From: Amphiscolops sp. MND2022
Taxonomy: Eukaryota
Length of the DNA: 64,000 nt
Direction: 5' to 3'
Assembly: GCA_964187785.1 (NCBI GenBank)
Contig: OZ076409.1
Coordinates: 6,512,001-6,576,000 of the forward strand
Notes under the pieces: model-generated
The model's input: the letters and a program-made list of their open reading frames with translations, nothing else
The model's database searches: none
What the model was told of the DNA's origin: nothing
Translations under genes and position numbers: made by a program
Shown here: piece after piece, positions 51,416 through 64,000 of the stretch
Layout of the letters: each line of letters begins with the position of its first letter
How positions within the stretch are numbered: position 1 is the stretch's first letter

Positions 51416-52725
51416 GTTGGTGCAAGTTTGTACTACTTAGTACAGTCGAACTCGGATGAAAGAAACACGGATAAAGGAAACATTTGGATATAAGAAACGT
51501 TTTCACTCACCCGCTTTTATGCGAGACAAACATTCTATGCTAATAGGACAACTGATAAAAGAAACTATGGATAAAAGAAACTTAGAGAGTTTCTTATATC
51601 CGAGTTTGACTAAGTTGCTAGCTTTATTACACCCTCGGTCATCATGCTTATTGTCTCGTGTTCATTCAAGTGTCAAAGTTACGCTTAGATGTTAAAATAT
51701 GATTTCGTAACGACGCAAACTTTTTTAGTTGATTATGAGAAACGTACAAAGGTATCAAAACTCAAGAGACACTCGATTTGTTTAACGAAAACTCTCAAAG
51801 CGCAGGGTCTTTTGAAATGCAGTTGAATCGGCCTAATTCGTATCGCTAAGGGCCGAATAAAATAATACGAATGATGAGAATTAACGCATGATATTCCTTT
51901 GGTTTTTGCAAAATGGGGGTCTCGGATACATACGAATTAAACGAAGAATTCGAATTAACAGGAGTTGACTGTATTCAAAGTTTCAATAGTTTCCAAGTCT
52001 AATCAAGGTATATACGGTATTTTATATGAAAAAATAGGCGCAGTGTTTCAACTGGTACTTTTTGTTTGATTTCAAAAATAATACCTTGTAATTCTGATCG
52101 AAATTTGAAAAGTTTTCCTCCTGGGACTTTTGTTTGAATTAATTTTGTTGAAATTTATTGCGATTCAAATTTTTGTCAGTGAAATCGAATGTCTTTAGGT
52201 TTTAGGTACCATACTGTAATTCCTCTGAAATTTTTGATTTCTTGTTCAGACGCAAGCTCTTGAACTGATAACGACAGGGTTGTCATGTTTTAAAAAGTTT
52301 CAAAACAGCATCGTAAAAAACTTTTAAAACATGCGAAAATGTTTTTTTTATATTATGAACTCCTCTCAAATTCAACATTGACACATTTTCATGAGTGAAC
52401 TTACATAAGAGAATAAAAAAGTCTTCTAGCGGACTTGAGCGGCAATTCTCGGTTGGAATGAACTATGGGAATCTCCGATCCCATCTTGGAGTTCAAAAGG
52501 CCGGCAAACTGGCGTTTCTTTATATGCAGTTTAATCTTTATTTTTTATAACTTCAAGAAGTTAACTCTTAAAGTTTTTTTTAAATTTTCATTTAGATTTT
52601 TGTGAAAAAATGAAACGAAAAAAATTTTTCAGAAAAAAGGTCTTTTATCCCCAACCCAGGATAGCGGATTCTGTGAAACGTTTATACCATTTCTTTCCTC
52701 AACTCTCACGGCTGGTTTGTTTCAG

Positions 52726-52934
52726 TTCCCGGTGGAAACGATGGCCCCAGTGGGGTTCTAGTCTGCTCGGAGAATTACATCACGTACAAGAACCTGGGAG
52801 ACCAGCCAGACATCAGAGTTCCCATCCCCAGACGAAGGAATGACCTGGACGACCCGGAGAGGGGACTGCTAATTGTGTGCTCGGCCACCCACAAAACCAG
52901 ATCCATGTTTTTCTTTCTTGTCCAAACTGAACAG
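52726..52934 (+). CDS. SF3B3: SF3B3 coding exon 4
   Basis: VPGGNDGPSGVLVCSENYITYKN...PIPRRRNDLDDPER...FFFLVQTEQ; AG/GT boundaries. Confidence 0.95.
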
Positions 52935-54737
52935 GTGATATTTCCACTTCCCAATTACACAGCATGTGAAGTGTGCAATCATGTTTCTAAGACATTCGTG
53001 ATTTGCGCGCATGGAATAGTTCGTCATTGTTTCTGTGTGATTTGAAATAATACTGAAGCATTTTCATAAAAATCACATGGTTTTTCTGTTTTTGTTGAAA
53101 ATGGCAAAAATTGAAGTGGTGCGATGTAAATCTGGGCAGTTGAAGACATGTCACTATAGCTTGGTTATTCTACACAAGAAGACAAGCCTCGAACGGCCCA
53201 AGAAGGCACCCTGTTCAAGGTTCAAAAAGCGCAAAGAATCTCCACCAAACAAAAAATCAGTAGAACGTTTGTTGAAATTGAAAATTTTCAAAAGGTTGCA
53301 CAGTGCCGAAAAAAGGTAGAAGGACCCTTTGCTACATTCTAGCCTTGCAATAATATACTAGATACAATTTCGATTTGCTTCACGATGATATGGCTTCACT
53401 GGCAAAGTTGAACAAATTGAACTTGAAAGTGGACATTCTGAGGCTGAAAAAAAGCTAGTCACTCTTTAGCTAGCCGTCTTTTTTAGTCGGCGTTTTCGTT
53501 AGTTTTCAAAAGTTTCACCCTTTCTGTTTTTCTTTTGAATTTAATCAAATTGTACCCCCTTCACTTTTTCTGAAGTTTTCGGTTCGGAAGAAGCCTTTTG
53601 CGAACCTAAAGGGTCCCCTTCTGGATGTTTCGGCGCAATGATTTTTCCAAAAAATTATTTTTGAAGTTTTTTCCCAAAAATTTGGTTTTTTTCAGGTTCC
53701 GCTTCAGGAAAAAGCGGTTTTCGATTCTCAAGTGTACTCCAATTAGCACTGTGTGATAATTGAAAAGTTTCAAATAGTTGTCCTTTGATTATTTAAAGCA
53801 TTTTGCCGTTTTTGAACTAGGGATGTCAAAAATCTGTTTATTGAGAAAAATTATCGAAAAGTTTTTTTTGTATTTCATGTTTTTATTTCAGAATGATTCA
53901 AACAAATGTATAGGTATCAAATTTTACGAAAACGAGTTGAACAGTATGCAAATGTCTATAGACAAAAGCCATATTCTGCCCTCTTTGGACCCATTTTGAT
54001 CTGAAAAAGGAAATTGTTTTGAAACATGACTTTTTTGCCTGTTTTAAAACATGACAACCCTGTTTTGAACCTTTTTCTTGCGCCGATTAAAAACTACTGT
54101 AAGATCTGACTTTCCTAACAGATATGTAGAAAAGGGGGGCCCTTTGGCTTCAAGTGATTTTGTATCAACTCCAAATGTCCTAAAAAATTTAAAGAATTGA
54201 AAGGGGGACCTTTTTGAAACATTGAAAAATTCTATTCATTATATCTTGTGTAGGTTGTGTTATTGTCGAAGGGGACTCCTTAGCACTTTTTACAGCTCCA
54301 ATGTAGTATGTAAATTGTCGAAATTGAATAACTTTCGGTAGAACTATTTTGGAAAGTTCGAGTGTTTCGAAAAAACTGACGAAAAGCTATGACTATAGTC
54401 GACTCTTTTCTTGAGAAAAGCGGCGACTAAAAAGGGGGGAAGTCTCATAGTGCCGAAAAAAGTTGAAATGGAGTACCCTTGTGCTTTGGAATGGTTTTGT
54501 ATTTTATGTTAGTGGCTTTGGATGCGTTCAAAATCAGGTACCAAGTATTTATGGTAAAAGTGCACAGAGTGCACAAAAAGTGGACCATTCAGAGTGAGGC
54601 TGACAAAAATAGAGTCGCTGTAATAGTCTTCTGTTTTTCGAAAAGCGCCGATTAAAAACTACTTTGGGACATTGCAACAAAAGTGTTCATTTCAGCGCCA
54701 CGGACACAACTTACAATACAACTTTTTCGGTGTTTAG

Positions 54738-55007
54738 GGCGATGTGTTCAAAATCACGTTGGAAGTAGACGAAGATATGGTGACAGAGCTGAAACTGAAG
54801 TATTTCGACACAGTTCCCGTGGCTGCCAGTATGGTTGTGCTCAAAAGCGGCTTCCTGTTCGTGGCGTCAGAGTTCGGCAACCACTACTTGTACCAGATCG
54901 CCTACCTCGGCAACAACGACGACGAGATGGAATTCTCCAGTCAGATGCCTCTAGAGGAAGGAGAAACGTTCTTCTTCGCACCCAGGGGGCTGAAAAATCT
55001 TGTGCAG
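54738..55007 (+). CDS. SF3B3: SF3B3 coding exon 5
   Basis: GDVFKITL...LKYFDTVP...GFLFVASEFGNHYLYQI...LKNLVQ. Confidence 0.95.
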
Positions 55008-56383
55008 GTCGGTTAGCTGCTGATGGTTCAATTTCTGATTGATTTTGAGTCGAATCAGCATGAAATTTAGATACTGTAAATCTTTGGATATAAGTTGCCC
55101 CGAATATAAGCCGCACTCGATTAGAAGCCGCATTAAGCCTGAAGATTATATCCGAAAAGCCATAGCTTACCGTATTTGTTGGAATATAAAAGCGCGAAAT
55201 CAACTACCGAAAAAGTTACAAGCCGCGGCTTGTTTTCGAAGAAATACAGTGTATTATCGATTATGAACTAGTGAATTCCCACCTGGTATGGTTTTCTTCA
55301 ATGGATAGTGTTTTAGATGGTTCAATGGATAGTAGCACAGTGTTTTGCAAAAATTCCGCGGATAAAAGCAAAATAAAAAGAGCAACGGTGAGCAGTCAGG
55401 CCTTTGTGACATTGAGCAAGTCACTTTGAAACCACTGCTTCAAGTCCACCATTGCTTGACCATGTGGCTGCAAATGTGGTACCATAGCTTGCTATGGGGA
55501 GATAGTATCAGAAAGGGCGCCGACTTAGAAAAGCAGAGCTGCCTATTCGGTGTCCACTCCGCGGTAATGGGGAAGTTAACTTCTCTCTCTTGTTCAATTA
55601 TTGTTTGATTTTATAGTTAGAGTTGAATTAGCATGAAATTTAAATAGCGTATTTCTTCGAATACAGGCCGCGGCTTGTAAATTTTTTCCGTGGTGATTTT
55701 GCGGCCTGTATTCGAAGAAATACGGTAAGCTATGGTTTTTAGGATTAAATTTTCAGGCTTAATGCCCTTCTAATCGGATGTGACCTGTATTCGGGGTCGA
55801 CTTCTACCCGAAGAAATACGGTATTCGTTATGATCGCTGAATTTCGACAACATTCTCAGAATCTCATTAAAAGTCCCTATGTGGTGCATATTGCAAAGTG
55901 TGAAATTTTTGTTGTTTCGTCATGTAGTTGTGGTTTTTGTTTTGACAGATCAATTATGACTATACTTGGGATCAGGTCATTTTTTGCTTTCGATTTGTAA
56001 CAAGACGCCCGCTAAGCACCGGGATATTTTCCGCCCTGCCCGCCTTCACAAACTGAGCCATAGCTATTTTGGGAGGGGGGAATAAGATCTAAAACATAGT
56101 GATTTCAGATCTTATTCCCTTTAGATATTATTCCCATTTTTACTTTGAGAGAGAGAGAAGACTTGAATTATGTTCATCAAGTCAAGTAATAGTCAAGTAA
56201 TCAAAAGGTGGAGATTTGGCAAAATTTGGAAAAAAAACGCATCACAGATCATGATTTTCCTCCCCCATTTGTAAAATGTGGGGATGGAAAATAACGATCA
56301 TGGATTTGCATTATCCAAATTTAGAGCTGGTCAATATTTTCGGGAGCACTTGGAAGCAAAGCACTGTGGTTTCATGGTTTCAG

Positions 56384-56513
56384 GTTGAGGAGATAGACTC
56401 GCTGTCTCCCATCATCAATTGTCAGATTGCGGAACTGTCCAATGACGACACGCCCCAGATCTACGCTGCTTGTGGCCGCGGTGCCAGGTCTTCCTTCCGC
56501 ATCCTCAAACATG
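56384..56513 (+). CDS. SF3B3: SF3B3 coding exon 6
   Basis: VEEIDSLSPI...TPQIYAACGRGARSSFRILKHG. Confidence 0.95.
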
Positions 56514-57613
56514 GTAAGAGCTAACCTAATCGAAGGATGTATTGAATTTTTAGTCTGCGCTTCATGGGCGTTCCCGGCTTGCTTAACATATGGAAGTAGA
56601 AAACCCTTCATGAGTATACCCTTCATTTATTTCAAAGTTTTTCGATTGAAACGTACCAACTTTAACCGCTATTACTGATTTACTGATAGGCGTAATTGTA
56701 TCCTGGTATTACTTCTGGCCCTAACATACTTTGGTGTTTCTGTTAGCCGGAAATATTAACGACATGTTTCTGTTTGAATAATTAATGGGCGCTTCATGAA
56801 GTGAAACGCGACTATTATAGTAACTTTATTTGTAATCCACTCGAACTGACCAAAATAGTTCTATAAAGTTCTACGAAATTTTATGATGTCAAATTGAATC
56901 ATTTGGCCTAGCGAACTGAACCAAAAAAAAGGTTTTTCCTCTTTTTTCGCGTAACATACCATACTGGGAGAGACTAAAGGGCACTAAAGGCCCGTCTTTC
57001 ATTTTTTGATGTTTTGCGACAGAAATGTTGAAAAATCCGAAAAGGTTCCCCCTTTTAGCGCGCAAATTCGGTCCAACTTTTGGGTTTTTTGGGTACTGTA
57101 AAAATACTTCACACTTTTGAACCATTTAGGAAACTCAGCCAAAAACGTTTTTGTTTTTTTTTCCGCCTGACGATCTAATCGAAGGATGTTTTGTGCGGTG
57201 ATTTCGAGAATTGATATTGGTATAGTAGTTGTAGCCTGGATAATTCAACACCTTGTGGTGCTCATTTCTTTTCCCTATTGTTTAGATTTTGAGTTCTCAC
57301 TTGCACTTTTATATAATAATAATTCAATTTATCAGAGGGCATAAATAACAGACAATTAAATTAAACAACGAATTTACAAAAAAGCCCCTGAAAAGGACCC
57401 CTAAAAGCACTAGGTTTTTCAAGAGGGATCCTTATTATTGGAACAAAGATAATTGTTTTTTTTTGTGTATGTGGTAGAGATTTCACATCTAGTACTCAAT
57501 TTTTATTCACATGTAATTGATTAGTTCTTTTTAGTCGGAGAATCAGATTTTGAAATTTCACGAACGGTTCTACTAACAATATTAAACGTCTAATTTTCTC
57601 TATGTAGAGCCTA

Positions 57614-57971
57614 TTTTTAGTCGGCGCATTTCATCAAAATGAGCCCGACTATTAAAGTGGCAAGTTTTTTTTCCTTTTTTTTCGTCAGACAACAATGTAT
57701 GCGTAGTGGACACTTTTTACAGAACTACTAAACTACTGGACCGGCAAGCGGGAACGCATCTAAGATACAAAACCGAGTCCCCCCTTTGAATTTTTTCGGC
57801 ACTGTGCGACTTTTTTTCGAAATTTTCGACTTTCCCCCGTCAAGTTTTTTGATATTTTGCAGCAAACTGAAGTTTCAAAAAGCCCAAAAGGTCCCCCCTT
57901 TTACAATTTTAAAAACTTTGCGCTTTTTGAGCCGTAGATATAGCGCCGACTTTAGACGTTCCCGTCTTGTT
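57614..57971 (+). mobile_element. Helentron-like non-autonomous element
   Basis: TTTTTAGTCGGCGC ... GCGCCGACTTTAGACGTTCCCGTCTTGTT. Confidence 0.7.
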
Positions 57972-59262
57972 TGCGTCTAAAGTAGTTTGAGATCGAGTTC
58001 TTGTTAACAAGAACCGGTAGCTTATTGGCTGCAATGGAGATGTAAAAATTAGTTCACAAATTTTTTCAGAGGTTCCGTCGAACCCTTTCATAGTCAGCAA
58101 AAAATTAACGAGCCTTTTTTTGAAAAATTGGATCTTGTGATAAAGTAAACGATCCCCAGAGTTGTTAGACTTTTAGTGTAATTACTCTTTGATGATTAGT
58201 CTTTTAGATTTCTGATGATCACATTGATTGTCGAAAACGTTTAATGAAGTCTAAAGAAACTCAGGCGTAATTTTTCAAAATCATCTAAAGCTAGCGCAGA
58301 ATTGTAATAATCCGATCTTTTAATCCCGTTATTTTCGAAAATAAAGCGAAATGTTGAAATTCGGCTCCACTTAATTTAATCTTAAGGCAATTATCCTTGG
58401 TTTGAGATCAAGGATAATTAGACCACCGTATGAGCTAACTGAAGGATGTATTGAATTTTTAGTAGAAGAAGGTATATCCATACGTGAGTTTTTCTCTTCA
58501 TTTACTTCAGTATTCACTTGTCTTCAACTACGTCGCCAGTAGACTAGGGGTAATTCATAGAAACAGTTTCTGTCGCTTCTAGGTTCGGTCTCTAAGTTTT
58601 TTAAAGTAACTCCGCTTATTTTTTCTCTGGCTCCTCTGCAACATAAGAAACTAGGATCATTTAGGAAAAATAGTTTAAAAAGCATATTAGGATTAAGTCA
58701 TTTCAATTGCGTCTAAGAAGGCTTCTGTCTTTTCTGTTGATTTTGTGTTATGTATTTTTCATTGGAATTGTTTGTATATATTATTCAACAGAAAAATTAT
58801 ATTAGGATGTTGATTAATATAGTGTTATCTGTACATTACGACGCCAAACAGGGAAGTTTTTTTTTCAAGAATTGAGGAGGTAAACTGGCTTTTGCGACTA
58901 CCAAAATGTGTTTTCTAGAAATGAGGAAAAAGTGAACTTCAAATTGCCGCCAATTTGACCGAAGAATTCAGACAAAAATATTAGTAGTTCAAAAATGAAA
59001 TTTTCAAGAAATGAACAGGGGGATGGGTGAGGTATTTGATACATTCTATTTGAACGCTCCTGGAGTCGTTCTAAAATTAACTTCTCCTTACACGTGATGT
59101 GAAGTTTTTTGAAATTGACAAACATGGGGGGTGTTTGATACATTTTATTTGAGCGCTCCTGGAGTTGTTTCAAAATTAACTGTTTCATTACACATGATAT
59201 GAATGGTTGAATCAGTAGCATTTGATTGGTTGAGAAGACTGGGTGGTTGCCTGTCTCTCTAG

Positions 59263-59475
59263 GTCTGGAAGTGTCGGAGATGGCGGTGTCGGAACTGCCT
59301 GGCTCCCCCAACGCCGTGTGGACTGTGAAGAAGAAGGCGGACGATGACTATGACTCCTACATCATCGTGTCTTTCGTCAACGCCACTCTCGTTCTGTCCA
59401 TCGGAGAAACTGTCGAAGAAGTCACCGATTCCGGCTTCCTTGGAACCACGCCCACTCTCTCCTGCTCTCTCATTG
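59263..59475 (+). CDS. SF3B3: SF3B3 coding exon 7
   Basis: [22 protein letters not shown]...[34 protein letters not shown]. Confidence 0.96.
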
Positions 59476-59531
59476 GTTGGTTTTGATTGGCCAAAGAGAA
59501 TGAATTTGATACACACTCTGTTACGGCTTTG

Positions 59532-59917
59532 TTTTTTAGTCGGCGCTTTTCTCGTGAAAAGTGCCCGACTCTTACAGTGGCTAGTTTTTTTTCGTCAGTT
59601 CAACGCGTAACGTCCACTTTTTGTGCATTAATGCAATTAATGCACATTTACCAACTTTTACCATATGTACTTAGTACTTCATTTTCAACGCATCCAAAGC
59701 GTCTAACATGAGATAAAAAGCGTCCCCCCTTTTACATTTTTCGGCACTATGCGACTTACCGGAAACTTCGAAAAAAATTTCAAAAAAAAATCGGATTTTT
59801 TTTTCTCAATTTTTAGTTTTTTTGAGAGCTTTTGCTGTCTCCAGTTGTAGAAAAAGTGGTTTTCGAATCTTTTTGAGCCTTAGATATGGCGCCGACTTGG
59901 GCCGTTCCCGGCTTGTT
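59532..59917 (+). mobile_element. Helentron-like element, closely similar to 62979-63337
   Basis: Both termini present; internal sequence shared with the copy at 62979. Confidence 0.75.
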
Positions 59918-61162
59918 TCTTTTTTTTGCTTGAAACGTTTGGGTTTCTGTAGAGTCCTGTTTTTTTCTAAAGGCGTCTGGAGTGCCTTTTTGATGTAAAC
60001 TCAATTTGTTTCCTGTTCCTTGTGTTGTCAGAATCTATACCATCGATACTTGGTCACTTGTTGAGCAGAACCAGGATTTATTTATTTACAGTCTGTTGTG
60101 GCAAAATTGACTACATTTTTCAAATCAAGTTTTAAGAACAACAAATGACTGAACATGAGCTTTTTACACCAATCGGAAGCTCTGATTTTCAGAAACTTGA
60201 TCTATGTAAGTATGTTGGTGTTTGTACATAATTTCTGTTGATTAAGATTTAGCCGTGTTGTTGGTCTCTTGTAGAATGTTTAGAAAATCAGTTTGTTGTG
60301 TTGGTAAAACGTAATAAAAGTTTACAAATGGCTGTCAATTTTGCCTTACCGGACTGTAATCCATAAGCGCCTATTCATAAATTTAGTCCCAATGCGCTAG
60401 AAAAATGCTCTAAATTTTGAAACTTCTTTTCCGCCCACATTTCCCAAATTTGTGGAAATACTGAAATTTGGTGTTGAACTGTAGTTTGAATTTGTTACGT
60501 CATCAAAATAGCGTTCTGTCAGATTGCAGATCTGTCCAATGACGATTATTGTTTTCATGTTTTTCATGAGGTTTGTTTGTTTATTTAGTTCTTTGAAAGT
60601 TTTACGGGGAGGGAAGGACCGTGTTTACTGACACCCAGTTCATATTGAAAAAAAAGACAGTCTAAGGAGCCCATGTTGCATTGATGGCATGTCTGGGAAA
60701 ACTAGGATATCATACGCTGCAAGCAGCCAATCCTTTTGCAGTGTGAGAAGCGGGCCATAAAAATTAATGAATCCTTGGCAACTGGAATGCAACCAAATCA
60801 CAATGTAACACATTGGTTTCATTTTGTTGCAAACTCTAGCAAAGAAGACTGGGAGAGAAGGAAAAAGAGATAATTCGAAAATATTGCGCTTTATCCGAAC
60901 TTTTAACGTTATATACGAAGTAAATTGCGTTTTACTAAGGAGGAGGCGGAGGTTAGAAATTATTGCGCTATATCCGACTTTTTGACGTTATATCCGAACT
61001 ATATTGCATCATACTAAGGAGGAGACAGAGGTTCGAAAACAAGCCATCGCTTTTGCAGGTGGAAAATGTCCCGGTGCACAGCGGGCGTCTTGTTATAAAT
61101 TATAATCTTTTATGACATCTGAAAAAATTAACTTTTTTTACTGGGCTGCTGTTGTGTTGCAG

Positions 61163-61342
61163 GCGAGGATGCACTTCTGCAGGTGTACCCCAACGGCATC
61201 CGCCACATCCGGGCAGACAGACGGGTGAACGAGTGGAAGACGCCCGGCAAGCGCAGCATCATCGCCTGTGCGGTCAATCAGAGACAGGTGTGCATCGCCC
61301 TCTACGGCGGGGAACTCGTCTACTTCGAAATGGACCCCAGTG
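61163..61342 (+). CDS. SF3B3: SF3B3 coding exon 8
   Basis: [29 protein letters not shown]...[22 protein letters not shown]. Confidence 0.96.
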
Positions 61343-62298
61343 GTAAGTAGTGAGTCACTTACTCACACAAACCTTTTTCGGCACTATGAGACTTTTTTGA
61401 AATTTTTCTTCATCTCCAAAGAGTCCCCTTCATTATTTTGACATTTTGCAACTGAATGGATGTTGAAAAAGCCCAAATGGTCCCCACTTTCACATTTTTC
61501 GGCACTATGCGATTTACCGGAGACTTCAAAAAAAATTCGAAAAAAACACACCACCCCGCCCCCATTTGATTACCTTCGTACATCGAGTAGTTCGCATCCA
61601 AATTCGGTCTCAGACTACTATCAGTTAAGGTCGAGCTACTCAGGAGTTGATCGAACGTCCAGGTAGGCGAGTTCCGAGCTAGAGTTGAACTAACCGAAGT
61701 GAACTAAGTTGTGACCTCTGAGTCCAGCAAGTTAGATTGATCACCTTCCCACCCCACCCCACCTACGTAACTCGTCTACTTCGAAATGGACCCCAGTGGT
61801 AAGCAGTAAGTCACACGCTCACACACCAACTACCACCCTTTTTTGGAATTGAATAAGTTAATTCAAAACAGCATCTTCGTCAATATTCCAGAAAGAATGA
61901 TTATAGGCAACAAGTTTTTCCGATAAGCATTTCCGGCAGAACTGAATAACCTTTTTATATTATCAAATGTTGGCAAAATAAAATTTGGAAATATACATAC
62001 AGCTAATACATAGATTTTATACGTAAATACTTAAAATTTGTCAGTTTCTGGTATTTGGTTTTGCTAAAACGTAATTGCAATTTAATTGCATTCAGATCAA
62101 TCAATTTTTAAAATGCCTAAATAGATACAATTAAGTTTTAAACCAATTTAATTGCAATTAATTTGAAATCAAATAATTTTTGAAAGCCCCTGGTCGCCTC
62201 TTCAAAATGGGACGAACTGTCACCCAACCCTGTATTTCCCAACTATATAATATACCCCTGTGGTGTGTGTTTGAAATGAATAATAATGATAATTTCAG

Positions 62299-62406
62299 GC
62301 CAACTGAACGAGTACACGGAGCGGAAGGATCTACAGACTGACGTCATCTGCATGTGTTTGCCCACAGTGCCAGAAGGAGAGACCAGATCCAGGTTCCTTT
62401 CAGTCG
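62299..62406 (+). CDS. SF3B3: SF3B3 coding exon 9 (gene continues beyond the window)
   Basis: GQLNEYTERK...VPEGETRSRFLSVG; phases are consistent across all nine exons (1813 nt). Confidence 0.93.
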
Positions 62407-62431
62407 GTTAGTTAGAAGGTGTCAGTGTCAG

Positions 62432-62866
62432 AACATTTCGTCCTATACACTTTCAACCTATGCAATTTTAACCGTTGCCATTTCAACCGCTCACAACTTC
62501 AACCTATTGCATTTTCAACCGTCCGCAATGTCGACCTAAACTAATTTTGGCTATTTCGTCTTAATTCGTTTGAGCTATTATTTCATCATAATAGTTGGTA
62601 TTGACTAAAACAGCCTTAATTATTGGTAAATATTCATGAAAAAGCCAAAACGTATCAAACATGGTGTGAAAATTAGCAAGTTTAGATTTAGAAATGTTGA
62701 AAATGAAAAGTATCTCAAATGATTATATAACTAATAGGATCCATTAGCCAGAATTAGTATAGGTCGAAATTGCGGACGGTTGAAAATGCAATAGGTTGAA
62801 ATTGTGAGCGGTTGAAATGGCAACGGTTGAAATTGCATAGGTTGAAAGTGTATAGGACGAAATGTC
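62432..62866. mobile_element. MITE with roughly 105-bp inverted arms
   Basis: ACATTTCGTCCTATACACTTTCAACC... mirrored by ...GGTTGAAAGTGTATAGGACGAAATGT. Confidence 0.85.
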
Positions 62867-62978
62867 ATGTAACCAGATAGAGCTACCATCTCTTCATATA
62901 ATCTCCAATTAATCTAATAAAAACGAGTTCAAATATTCTTCAAGAGCTTGCATGGCATTTATGAGACCTTTGTCGCCA

Positions 62979-63337
62979 TTTTTAGTCAGCGTTTTCGAAG
63001 AAAATCCCGACTCTTACAGTGGCTAGTTTTTTTTCGTCAGTTCAACGCGTAACGTCCACTTTTTGTGCATTAATGCAATCAATGCACATTTACCAACTTT
63101 TACCATATGTACTTAGTACTTCATTTTCAACGCATTCAAGCGTCTAACATGAGATAAAAAGCGTCCCCCCTTTTACATTTTTCGGCACTATGCGACTTAC
63201 CGGAAACTTATTCGGAAATTTTTTTCTCAATTTTTAGTTTTTTGAGAGTTTTTGTTGTCTCCAGTTGTAGAAAAAGTGGTTTTCGAGTCTTTTTGAGCCT
63301 TAGATATGGCGCCGACTTGGGTCGTTCCCGGCTTGTT
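62979..63337 (+). mobile_element. Helentron-like element
   Basis: Both termini present; sister of 59532-59917. Confidence 0.75.
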
Positions 63338-64000
63338 AATATTTCTGCGTAAGCTGGAATACACCCAGTTTTTTAAAGAACACTACCTGCAGATCGAGTC
63401 TCAATTGGTCCTAAATATCCGGCAATATGGGGCTCAAAAAGATATGTTGTTAAATTTTCGACAATTCGAGGCTCGAGGTGTTCTTAATTTCTTGAAATCG
63501 GAAGCTTTTCACTACCACATGAATTCGGATACGAGTGATCAGAATGTGGGCCGCTCTATTCGAGCTCTTTATGATTTTGGTTGGCCCTTTATGATTTTGG
63601 TTAGGAAAAATCACATCAGAATATCACCCTACAAGAATATAAAATTGACTACCAATATAACTCAATTGACTATATTAGTCCTTCTGAAATTGGAGGTGCT
63701 GATGTTTTTGTTGATGTAATTTAAGTTGTTTCCAACTGATTTTTAATTTGAGCCTCGGTGGTGTTTTTTAAAAACTGTTCGTAATTTTTTGACTTTCTGA
63801 GGATGGTGTTCCTATAACGGTGTTCTTATAAAACAGTTTATCATTGTAACGCGACCCGTCCTACCTTTTTTTCGTAACCAAAATATTGTTACTGTTTGTT
63901 TTTTAATATTTCTGCTTTAGCAGGAATGTTATTGTAACCTCAAAGTTGGTCCTTTTTTTTTTCAGTCGTCAAATTTCGTCCTACTGAATAATTCAGATAT

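Noticed and set aside
51416..62298. Terminal pairing in the canonical SF3B3 introns 3-8
   Set aside because: Only short, bulged or G-U-rich matches (intron 6 TAACCTAATCGA with TTGATTGGTTG is the best); not distinguishable from chance by eye.

Overview
AT-rich, repeat-dense animal genomic DNA with spliceosomal introns and no prokaryotic features. Two host genes are supported. One is two minus-strand exons of a Golgi carbohydrate-sulfotransferase-like gene (5341-5081, 2947-2800). The other is the first nine coding exons (about 604 codons) of the splicing factor SF3B3 (45589-62406, +), which continues beyond the window. Most of the rest is transposable elements: a complete but decayed 15.0-kb Gypsy-type LTR retrotransposon (16377-31414; 1.42-kb LTRs, GGTAC TSD), an older Gypsy remnant, a Tc1/mariner transposase, two CRE-like non-LTR elements, CR1/L2-like LINE remnants, many Helentron-like non-autonomous repeats, MITEs and two recent tandem duplications. 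The most unusual observations are two. First, the LTR element has an ORF that starts inside the LTR and reads through the PBS, an antisense intron-containing zinc-finger gene, and a third ORF that crosses the PPT into U3. Second, SF3B3 introns 1 and 2 have weak GC donors and AAG acceptors, and in both the donor sequence is complementary to a stretch just upstream of the acceptor. All calls come from manual reading; no searches or alignments were run.
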